NCBI RefSeq assembly: GCF_000315625.1
Contig: NW_005434659.1
Location: 761,848 to 825,847 of the forward strand
Length of the DNA stretch: 64,000 bases
Direction: 5' to 3'
Origin: Guillardia theta CCMP2712
Taxonomy: Eukaryota > Protista > Cryptophyta
Position numbers and translations under genes: made by a program. The notes below the pieces were generated by a model. The model saw only the letters and a list, made by a program, of their open reading frames with translations. It did not search any database and had not been told where the DNA came from. Positions 13,052 through 29,122 of this stretch are shown here, piece after piece. Position 1 is the stretch's first letter; each line of letters starts with the position of its first letter.

Positions 13052-13940
13052 GACTCCTCGTATTCATCACAGTATCTTCTCTTGCCTTCTCCTTCCTCTG
13101 TTCTCCTCCTTCTCCTTGTCTCCTGCTTGTGGGATCAATCAGCGTTCTCTTGTTTGCTCCGATTCAACGTAACAGTCGCTGCGCTTGCATGGCTTGACCA
13201 CCCTTTGCAGTTCCACCCCCCACCTCTTACACCTCACCCCCTCCAGTCCCCCACCCACCCCTTCTTCCGTCCTTTCAGTACCCACCCATTGACCGACAGA
13301 ATATCTCTTGAGCGGGGTCGGAAAGTGAAAGTGTGCAAAAAAGAAAAACACGATGATCAGCCCGTGTAAGTGGGGGGGTAGAATGTAAGGCAAAGAGTGG
13401 GTGGGGGTGGTACACGAGTGTCAATTGATGAGTCATCCTACATGCTTGTATGGCTCGAAAAAGTATCTTTTGGAACTTTCCCCGTGACCTGAGGCTCAAG
13501 ATTGGGGCAAGATACCGAACTTCCGGCTATTTTGATGCTCTAATTTCGAAAAGATTCATTTTGAAAATAAGGTCCACGGGGTGGTGGATGTATCGGTGTG
13601 AATTATACGAGCCCGTGATCGTTGCTGACAGCGTTCTTCACGTAAAAGGCCCGCAGCTCCGGAACGCCTCCGAAGACCTGACGGTTACATAGATAAACAT
13701 AGATAAACATAAATGTAACGAGAACTTCCGATAACTAAAACAACGATGAGTAAAAACTTTTTTTAGCTCCACTGAGCAGGTTTCCGGGACCGGGCCGGGC
13801 CGGCCCTTCCGACCGCCGGGCCGGCCGCCCCAGTGCTGCCTTTATATCTTCAAGGGCTCCATGGGTCACAATAGCTACCCCACCCACTCCAAGTGCCTCT
13901 AAAGGACCCCTGGGTAGACGTTGGAGGCACTTGCTAATCA

Positions 13941-15095
13941 ATGGCGCGACTTCTTGTTGCAGTCTTCGTGGCACTTGCGGTCGATGGCGCCAGTGCGTTT
14001 GCTCCCTCCTCTTCAACCCTCCAGATCAGGACTCAAGTTCCGAAGGTATGACCTCCTGCGTTGCTCTCCCCTCGATGTTTCCCACTGTGTTGATCTACCT
14101 ATGCTATTTCGCTCGTCACTTGTATCATGTATGGGATGTTTGTGTCATGGAATGCCTCTAAAAGACGGGAACAAGACTCTGTTTCATCCACATTGAACTT
14201 CTGCTTACATGAATTTCTACCATCTTCCACAAAATTTTTTGTGGTATTGGCAGTTTGTGCCATGGCTGTGATTACAGATTTTTGGTCATCTTGTTTGCAA
14301 CCCTCTTGCAAAACGTTTTGCTTCTTCACGTTCGCAGTCCCGCATATCACACACAGGTTGCTAAAAATCTCTTTTGCAGCACGCTTGCAGGCTCCGCATG
14401 CAGGAGAGTGAAACCCAGGAGCCAGTCCTGTCGGAAACGCGTAAGAAGCTTACTGTTTCGTACTCCTGAGTTGTCTTGTTCAATCTCCTTCATGTCAGCC
14501 AGCTCCCGATAGCCCAATTATCCTGTCATACGAAAAATCGATGATTCGATGAATGTTATCCTAGCCTCTATTGAAAAGCTGCTCATAGGCAAGCGCGGAC
14601 TTGATGCGAGGAGGACCAGCTGGTTGAGTCGCAATCTCCCTGAGGAGCAGCTGATGGCCAAGAAGTATTACGACGTTGAGAACAGGTCTGAAGGCCCTCT
14701 GCGACTTTGTCTTCCATTGTTCTGATGTGATGTTTGTATGGTGTAGAGGCGAGCTGCTTGCTGGACCTGACAGGTCTGCTGCTGGCGAGTGGGGTGAAGA
14801 ACTTACAGAGATCGGCAAGTGGCAGCGTACGAATGTATGAAAACTAGTTGCCACATGGGCACAAGAGTAATTAATCTGATGTGCTAGGGTCCGATCTACA
14901 TTCAGGCAGCAGGAGGAGGACTTCTCTTGTTCGGATTCGTCAACTACTTCGCCCTTGGGAACATCGGACATCTGTCGCAACCAATCTGGACGCTCAGCAT
15001 CTTTGTGGTGAGACAGATGCTTACGCTGGACTAAGTCAACCTAATATGGCACACAGGCTCTGCTCGGATTTGCTTTGCAGCGCAAGACTAGCTAA
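13941..15095 (+). CDS. Plastid-targeted small membrane protein of unknown function
   Basis: N-terminus MARLLVAVFVALAVDGASA-FAPSSSTLQIRTQVPK is a signal peptide plus ASAFAP motif. Later exons SIEKLLIGKRGLDARR.., GPIYIQAAGGGLLLFGFVNYFALG..PIWTLSIFV and ALLGFALQRKTS-stop give about 2 TM helices. Confidence 0.7.
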
Positions 15096-15202
15096 GAATC
15101 TTGTGCATTAGCTATAGATAAATGGCATCATTGGAAGGCCTGTGTTTTAAGATTGATTTCAGTGTGGTTGGGGAACTAAAAATGATTGGGAAGTGTAATC
15201 TT

Positions 15203-15885
15203 TCAGGTGAAGCAGATAGCCACGAACAAGCCTACGGAGGTAACGAAGTGAAGCAGATAGTGAGTCTTCAATAGATTGGCAGAGTTTGAGGCAAGACCAT
15301 CAATGCATTCTGATCCTTTAAAACACCTGACAGAGCCGTCAACTGCAAAGGTATCGGATTGGAGAGGGTAATCATACGAACCGTTTTTGAAGCATGAGGT
15401 CATTTAAATGACTGTCGATCTTCTTTTTGTCTGCGTCTTTGCAGAAGTTCAAGAGCGTTTTCTGCAGGAGGCTACAACACCATGGGGGCTGCCAAGTCAT
15501 TGACCACTTGTTACAGTCAGTATCTGTCTCACAAGCTGGAGACAAACAGAACATGCCACAGTCTTCTCCTCCAATTTCTGATGTCAGACCAACCTCTGAG
15601 CACATCTGATCCATAAATCTCTTACATCTGACAGCAGTGATGTTTTCAAACGTTTTCTTGACGTCCTGGCTATACATTAATCTCTCTATCGATCATGAAT
15701 GGAAAAGTACTCACCGGCACCTTCACTTCTGCACTATTTGCGTCCTCAGCACAAAATGTTGAGAATCTCTGTCCTCGGCATAATCCGGTTTCAATGGTCG
15801 CCCATACCCTCACACACTTCAAGCTATGCGACGTTCTGGTCGAGCATGCAAAGAATATCAACGAGATGAATGCAAATGCTTTCAT
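15203..15885 (-). CDS. Small cysteine-rich secreted protein with hydrophobic C-terminus (possible GPI anchor)
   Basis: Signal peptide MKAFAFISLIFFACSTRTSHS, a Cys-rich middle exon (CKRFMDQMC..CGMFCLSPACETDTDC..WCC), and C-terminal tail ..ASNSANLLKTHYLLHFVTSVGLFVAICFT-stop. Confidence 0.7.
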
Positions 15886-16189
15886 CTCCAGAATGGAACC
15901 AAGAAGCGATTACATGAAACTCTCTGGCATCGTGTGATTTCCGTCAACGAAAAAAATCTTTAACTCAGCGGCTCAAAGAAACCTGATGAATATCTAGTCA
16001 ATTCCGTGTGTTGCATGCATAGCCAGATCAGCAAAGTGTTGGCCATTCCCAAGTTTCTTCAAGTGAAAACTTCAACAGCATCAAGACAAGCAGGAGGAGG
16101 AGAAGGCAGAGCGAAAGGGTTGAGGATGTCTCAAAGTTTAATTTTGGGACGGTTAGCCTTGGCAATGAAAGCACATACGAAAGGAACTT

Positions 16190-16509
16190 CATCTACATCT
16201 ACATCTACATCTACATCTACATCTACATCTACATCTACATCTACATCTACATCTACATCTACATCTACATCTACATCTACATCTACATCTACATCTACAT
16301 CTACATCTACATCTACATCTACATCTACATCTACATCTACATCTACATCTACATCTACATCTACATCTACATCTACATCTTCATCTACATCTACATCTAC
16401 ATCTACATCTACATCTACATCTACATCTACATCTACATCTACATCTACATCTACAGCTACAGCTACATCGCCATCCCCTTCTCCATCTACAGCTACAGCT
16501 ACAGCTACA
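16190..16509. repeat. (TCTACA)n hexamer microsatellite degenerating to (GCTACA)n
   Basis: Directly visible; intergenic. Confidence 0.95.
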
Positions 16510-17151
16510 ATGGGCACATGGGACCCTATCACAAGATATCAAGGTGAGCGACTATGGATTCCCTCATTGTCAACGTTTGCCAGCACAAGGTTCTCATCCC
16601 TTCCCAGCAGTAGCCCCGACAGCCGTGTGCTGAGATGCGTTCAAGATAAAACACCATCATGAACGGTACCACATTCGCCCGGGCCCGCCCAGGATCTTGA
16701 GCAGATTGACCATTTCGATGAGTAAACTTTGAGGGTGCCTGTGGTAGTAACTTTGAGTAGCCAGTTTGACCAGAGTCACCGTGTGAACTACTGGATCTCA
16801 AGATCATTGCAGTACAAATTATCAGTGATGACTAAATTTTAGTACTGTGATATTTATTAAACAGTGTGACGTCGGGCCGTCCTGGTGACCAGCCGGCCTC
16901 GTCGTACCGGTCCTTCATGAGCTAGCTAAGGGGGAGGGGAGGGGTCCGGTGAGATAGCAATGCTATGTTGGGGAAAAGACGACTTGATAGTCTGAAGAGG
17001 GGTGGGGAAGCAAGGAAATTCAATAATTGAGCCACTAGGTTAAAAGCACGACCCTCCAAGCACGACCCCCTCCCCCATCCAAGGCCGGGAGAGACCCGAG
17101 CTGCTGCATAGGGGACATCCTTGAATGCCTATGCTCGCGTGCATAGTTGGG

Positions 17152-22725
<5,574 letters not shown>

Positions 22726-22742
22726 GCTGTCATAGCAGGGTC

Positions 22743-24250
22743 CTAGCTCCTAGTGCGATATTCAATCACATCGATCTTGGGCTCGGCTGTTCTGATAGCA
22801 GCAACTGCTTGTATTGGGTGACTCAAGTACTGAAGCATCTTGTTCTCATGATTGCAAGTAGTTCGCATTCAGCAATTAGGTACAAACTGTTGAGTAATCT
22901 GCGAAAGCAAACATAGCTCCAGCTCTAGCACCTCATGTCTAACAATCGCTTGTCCTCCCTTTGCTTCCTTTGAGTCTCCGCGAGCTTTGATCGCCAAAGT
23001 CTGTCTGACCTCTCCCCCTTGTTCTCTGCTCTCTTTCGTCCCGCCACCAAGGTGCTCCCGCCTGATCTTCGGGTCAAGGCGACAAGACCCCTCGCCTCCT
23101 CGCACCTCGAACGATAAACTCTCCTCCCCCTCTATCGTCACCCGATGTGCCTGTTACTCTTCTCAGCTCCTCCCCCTCCCCGCGCCTTCTGGTCTTGCCT
23201 GCAGGAAGATCACGTCGGGGTCAGGCCCAAACACGCGGCTGCCGTCTCCGATCGCATCGTCGACGCTCTGCTCAAGATCAGCCTTGACGCGACGAGAGGA
23301 GAAGCACGCGAGGAGACGGATAGAAGAGAGGCAGTGAGAGGAGGTAATAGACAGGTATCGAAGCGCTTGCTGGAAAACCAGTGAGGTCATGTCAACCAAA
23401 TTCATCGACGGTCATTGATTGACAGATGAATGACCTCACAAAAGCATTCTATCATTAATACATCTCCACCATCAGAGGAAAACTCTAGAAAAAAATTACA
23501 CGCGATTTTAGATTTTCAGACATACTATGGCGGTAAGCATATGATAAATGACGGAGGATGTTTGCAAGCTCGTAGTGACAAGATTAAGACATTTTGAGAG
23601 AAGTGCAGCAGCTACCTATCAGTCTTCTTCTGAGCGACTACCTAGCTGAGTCATAAGATGAACGGGCATGCGGCTTGACTTGCCTCAATGTTTCAATCAA
23701 AGATTGGCTGATACCAGCAGACGAGGCATCGCTCGCAATCGCTTCAATGATAGCAGAGCACTCGTTAGATGCGGTAGCAAGAAGCTTCCGGAAGCTGCTA
23801 TGACGAGTCATCCCCCAGCACATGGTTCCTGACAGCCACACTGGGCAAGAACGCAGACTGCGCTTCATGGTGGGATAGAAATGAACCCCCATCTCCTTGG
23901 CGATGTCTTGACCGGCGTGCAGAGCCCGAGCCGCCACCACAGACTCGAACTACGATGCTCGCTATGATGCTGTTCAGCAGCAAAGCACACGCCTTCAATG
24001 GCAACGCACAAGGGGGCATGACAGCGAAGCAGAGTTGGATGTTCTTGTCGTAGGCTGACGGTCTCCCTTCACTGTTGAACACATCGACGCACCTCTGGTC
24101 CCCGTGAAGGGTCTTTCCTGAGTGAGTGTTTGCATCGAGAACCCCATGCTCGTCCACATGAGCGAGTATCAACGGCATCCAGAAGCCGCATGCTTTGCCT
24201 CCCATCACAGTCACGATTCTTTCTTGAGGCCACCGACCGATCGCCACTAC
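22743..24250 (-). CDS. Probable multi-exon hypothetical gene (structure unresolved)
   Basis: Coding-like minus-strand segments (KMLQYLSHPIQAVAAIRTAEPKIDVIEYRTRS-stop; ADLEQSVDDAIGDGSRVFGPDPDVIFLQ; ORFs 23638-24247) with splice-like junctions, but no recognisable domain. Confidence 0.3.
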
Positions 24251-24538
24251 CGTACTTCCGAGTTCAGATTAGTGAAACTTTCAAGCAGTTACTGATAGTG
24301 AGTTCATGCTGTCCGAGGCTGTAAGGCCCGCTATGTTTCGACTGAGAGTTTTACTAGAGGTCTTATGGATGTCCTTCTGAATAGCGTTGCTTATAAGTGA
24401 TTTTGAACAGTCATTCATTGAAAATCACTACTCTTCGGTTCAAGCAAGTCTTGGCTTGACAAAGGATAAACTAAAGTCCGATCGCAATGTGGAACTGCAT
24501 TTGCTTGACCTCATGCATGTGGCAGCTCCAGATATCTC

Positions 24539-26012
24539 ATCCTTCCCTTTTCGAATTCTGGAGCCACTCCTCTTCTGTCATCAAGACCTGCAGACAAAGA
24601 TGGTAAAAAGGTTGTTCACCATGTCTACATCTCTTACTGGGATTTCTGGTAGATTTCCAGCTCGCTGAGAAAAAAAGGACACTTGCAATCAGAAACGACA
24701 GACACAATAAAACTTTGCAAGGTCACCTGGAGATCATCGACGCGCAAGAAGAGCAGCTTTGGAGGTTCTATCAAAACTGCAACAACACATCAACAAGGTC
24801 ATATCGGTTGTTCCCAACGCTCACCCGACTGGTCGTTGAGTTCCTCAGACTGCTGCAGTGCCACGACTCTGCAAGCGTCGTCACACCAGGGCACCTCCTA
24901 CACTCTCACGGACCTCGCTTCGATGCGCTTGAGAATATCATCCTCTGGGAGCCATGCAACCCGCAGACACTCCACCTCCCCAGGCAGTATCAGTTGAGGA
25001 ACCTGTTGGGCAGAGTCATCGAGGAAGAACAGGACCGAGAGAAGGGCACCTGTAGGAGGACGCCTCCTTGCAGACGGAGAGTCCAGGTGTTGTCGTTGTC
25101 TCCTCGTGGTCTTCCGTGCCATGCGTCTCCTTCTTCCAGACTTTCGATCTCCCACGCCTTCACTCCATTGATCTGTCCCCACGTGTTGGACTTCCCTTTC
25201 CAGACTGCATGCCACTTGAACGGGCTAACTCCTCTCCAGAATGTCGGATTTCCTCTCTGCGGAGGAGACGCAGCCTCGCTATCGGGCGTTGGAGCTCCGT
25301 CCCTCAAGCATTCTCGTGCCACGATCACTCGAAATATCTTCAAGCCGTCTGGCACTCCTGTTTGCTCTGACCCTCTCTTCCACACAGGAGCATGTTGCAC
25401 TGTAACTCGCATCCTGCCGTCGCCATGTCTGAGACAGAGCTCTGTGCTCATCGATCCACTTCGTAACACGTTCGGGCCGTTGACATGACCAGAGCCGACA
25501 ATCACGTGCCTACGAAGATTCCGATGCTCCAGCCGGGCTACCGGCATTGTTTTCGTTTCGACACTGTCATGGCAAGTCTCGCAGTCAGACTGAATCTGAT
25601 TGATCGTCACCAGATGATCGATATTGATTGTGTTTGCATTCATGTCCTCATACACATCCACAGCTATTTTGCTCTCCTGTTCAACATCTCCCATGGCATT
25701 GTATGTCTGCCAAAGAGCACGCCATAAACCAATATTATTCGTCTTGAAGGCTTCAAATTGCTGCTGCTGATACTTGGAGGAAGAATCATTGCTAGAATCA
25801 CCCCTCGACAGATCTTTCTGCAAAGATCCTTTCATGCGGTTGAGAATGTCTTCAGCATCGAACTCAGAAGACGGAAGTTTACATCTGAATGATCCTGCGG
25901 ATCGTTGCAGACATGCTCTTCTCCCATGTAGAGGTACCGGATTCGTCAGGAACGAGGAAGATATCTCCATGAAACAGCAGAGAGAAGCCGCAAGTAGACC
26001 CAAGCGCGCCAT
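24539..26012 (-). CDS. Plastid-targeted DUF3598/BFA1-like beta-barrel protein
   Basis: Signal peptide plus Phe (MARLGLLAASLCCFMEISSS-FLTNP) and an R/S-rich transit peptide. NIGLWRALWQTYNAMG, STELCLRHGDGRMRVTVQH, FRVIVARE, LQGGVLLQVP and LRVAWLPEDDILKRIE resemble the cyanobacterial/plant DUF3598 family. Short 3' exons end EEEWLQNSKREG-stop. Confidence 0.6.
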
Positions 26013-26300
26013 GCCCCCCCCTCACAAACAGGAGCCTCCCCAGTTATAAATGAAAAGATTTTACTTATCTCTTCAAAATCCGTACAAGGTCAACCAAGGT
26101 GAGCTGACCTCAGAGTAATTCTTTTGACAAAATTAAAGGCAGCAAGCCTTCTTCAACAATCAACTATCGAACATTATGTGAATGGTCGGTTATATGTGCG
26201 GTTGTGACGGTTACCAGAGGCTGTGGTGGTTATGAGCAGTTACTGAAGTTGAGTGGTCAAAATCTTTGTTTTTGACAAGTTTGCTCTCTTCACTTCCAGT

Positions 26301-26426
26301 TTTCCCGCCAAAAAAATTGACTGGGCGGGAATTGAGATCCACCCACCCCCTTTCTGCCACCACTTTCCAGGTTTCATCACGGGTACTACAAGGTCCCTGC
26401 GACAAACTCTGGTTTGCGCGCCAAAA
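26301..26426. promoter_or_regulatory. Cluster of three E2F-like elements upstream of the kleisin gene
   Basis: TTTCCCGCC at 26301, GGCGGGAA at 26324 and GCGCGCCAAAA at 26416 (TTTTGGCGCGC on the minus strand) resemble the TTTSSCGC consensus. Confidence 0.45.
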
Positions 26427-26643
26427 ATCGATCCACCCTACCCTATTATGCTCCTGCCCACCCACCCCCTATTTGGTCTGGATTTCACATGGTGTTTCAG
26501 TACAAATCAGTGAAACCTTCCATGACCCCTACCTACGTCTTCACCCCTCCATTGATTACATCCGCCCAGAGTGCAGCAAACCCACCTGCCTAAACCTAGC
26601 CATGGCTTCCACGAATGCAGATGCCTCCTATGATTTTGCTGTC

Positions 26644-26785
26644 CCTGCCCCTGCCCCTGCGGCGGCTCCTGCTCCTCTTGCTCCTCTTGCTCCTCTTGCT
26701 CCTCTTGCTCCTCTTGCTCCTGCTCCTGCTCCTGCTCCTCCTGCTCCTGCTCCTCCTCCTCCTCCTCCTCCTCCTCCTCCTGCTC
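26644..26785. repeat. (GCTCCTCTT)/(GCTCCT)/(CCT) compound microsatellite
   Basis: Directly visible upstream of the kleisin ATG. Confidence 0.9.
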
Positions 26786-26929
26786 CGGGGAGCCTGGCAT
26801 TCCCTCGTGCGAATTGTGTTCCTTTCTCTCCTGCCTCTCGTACTTGCCTATCCCCAGTATCCTATAGCGATCGCAAATTGGGCCTACTCCTTGCAATAGA
26901 ATCTGCTGTATTGATCAGATGGCGCAGAT

Positions 26930-29098
26930 ATGTTCTACGTCTCAGAGCTTAATCTCAGAGGAAAGGGCCCTCTAGCAAGGTAATTTATTGATTGCCTTGT
27001 CTACAAGCAGTGACACTCTTTTTCAGGTTGTGGCAAGCTTGTCACAATCCCAAGAAAATTTCAAAGAAGATAGCTGAAGACTTCAGCTATCAAGGTACTC
27101 GACTCAAGTAGAGTAAATTTGTTGAAATGACTGTCTATGTTACAGAGGGGTTCAAAGCCATTGTTGAACCAGAAAACGACAGAATATATGCTCTGAGATT
27201 AAATGGACAGCTGCTACTTGGCTTTGTGCGAATGCATGACGCAAAAGTTTCCTTCTTTCAGGATACGATTAAATATGCGCATGACCGGTTAAGTCTTGCA
27301 TTCAATGCCGGCTTGTCCAAATCGGTGGATATGAAGATTTCTAAAAAAGCGGACAGCAGCAAGAAAGATAGCATCACCTTGTCTCAAAGCGTTGTAAATG
27401 ATTTATCAATGCTCGACATACCAGGTAACTGGAGTATGGTTCGGAGAAATGATCGCGTTACTCAAAAATATGCAGATGAAATTCCGGATTGGCTGGATTC
27501 CGATGAAATCAAAATGACTCAAACCAGTCAGCCAGCAGGGTTTTATCTAAATTCTCAGCTTGATAAAACTACGGCATACCGTAGGAATGATACAATTAAT
27601 CTGCCTGAGAAAGCTTCCGAGCAAGATTACAGCGAAGGGACCAAAGATGATTTTTCTGACATTCTTATGCCATATGAAAACGACTATTCAGAATCAATCA
27701 ACAATCCTCTCGAAATACCATATACGGAATTCGAAGAGAATCAACAAAGCGAAAGCTCTGTTGCAGAGATTGATTTGAAAGAAAGTCACCAGACAAATAT
27801 TCATCATACAAGCGGAATCGATCAAAATACCGACTTGTTGAAAACCGAAAGGAAGCAGAAAAGCTCAATGAAAAGCAACAAGCGCAAATTGAAAATGGAT
27901 GTGTGCATTCAAGTTTCCAAAGAGGTATGTAAACTCCTGAAGTAAATGCTGTGGAATGACTTTGATATGACTAAGGAACAGAGAATGTGGGTAACAGACA
28001 AGGAGTGGCAAAAGTATCATCTCTCTCGCTGCTATCAACCATACAAAAAGATGAAATTGACGATGGTCAAAAACATTGTCTCTGCTCCACTTACAACATC
28101 TCTCGGAAAGAGGCTACAGTCTTTTATGATGTGATTTACATATTGATGCTACACTGAAGTGCAATCTGATTTCACGGCAGAGAGCTGGGAATGGCCAAGA
28201 ATGCGATTGTCCCGGTGACCAAGCATCTTTCTTTCGTTCAACATTGCTGATATGTTTGCAAAGGCATTTGAAAGACGCCGTAAAATGCTCCGATCCGACC
28301 GAGAAATTTCAGATGAATTGCAAAGTGACTTTGTCAAGTTGCACAACGACGACTTCAACGATGAAAGAGGGATTTTTGACGAGATCGATTTTGCCAACGT
28401 CGGTGAAAGTGATCAAGCTGATTCATCGTCCTTTGCTCTCACTGATGAGCTACCCGAAAGAATCAGAAGAGATTCTGAGGACACAAATTTCTCAAAAATC
28501 GTGCAAAGGAGGTCAAGAGGTATATCTGACGCATTCGAAGCACCGGACGCATTTTCATTTGACGAAAGCCCCCATGAACGATCTTCACGTGCCTCTGGAG
28601 TCTCTAGATTCACATCCTTCGGGGGATTAGAGAATGATTCCGTCAGCAGATCGTTAGAATTCGAATCTCAGACTCTTGGCTTTGGTGAGAACGCACTGAG
28701 AGAGGAGCCTCAATCCATGACGCAGTACAGTCAGATGCCAATGAGTCAGGTAGCTGCGTTTTTGCTGATCAGCTGGATGGAGTATTTGACATTTCTTTTT
28801 CCATCAGAGGTTGTCGGAACAGTGTCTGAACTTTGCTCAGAAGATCTCCTCTCATTTACCCGATGAGGATTCTCAGCTGTCATTTGGTTCAATTCTCAAG
28901 GGAAGACCCTCCAAACGGACTGCATCAAGATGCTTCTATTTCCTCCTCACACTCATGTAAGATCCCGCGATGCATCCAGAAGACCTTGGCTCTGACAGCT
29001 GATTTAGGAACGAGAACGTTGTGCGATTGGAGCAAAGCACTCCCTACGAGGAGATACAAATATTGCCGACTGCAAATACGGCCATGTATTCAGCCTAG
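26930..29098 (+). CDS. Cohesin alpha-kleisin, Rad21/Rec8 family
   Basis: Spliced N-terminus MFYVSELNLRGKGPLARLWQACHNPKKISKK..YALRLNGQLLLGFVRMHDAKVSFF (Rad21_Rec8_N). C-terminal winged helix LSFGSILKGRPSKRTASRCFYFLLTL..VRLEQSTPYEEIQI, stop 29098. Confidence 0.9.
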
Positions 29099-29122
29099 AT
29101 TCTTTTGTGTGTACTTTGGTTG

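Noticed and set aside
16006-16662. 218-aa Ser/Thr mucin-like ORF and antisense poly-VD ORF
   Set aside because: Both arise from the (TCTACA)n microsatellite, with no signal peptide or domain.
24715-25488. 257-aa plus-strand ORF
   Set aside because: Antisense shadow of the DUF3598-like gene.
26266-26952. Pro/Ala-rich 228-aa ORF and antisense Glu/Gln ORF
   Set aside because: Microsatellite-driven; the real gene starts at the MFY kleisin ATG (26930) in another frame.
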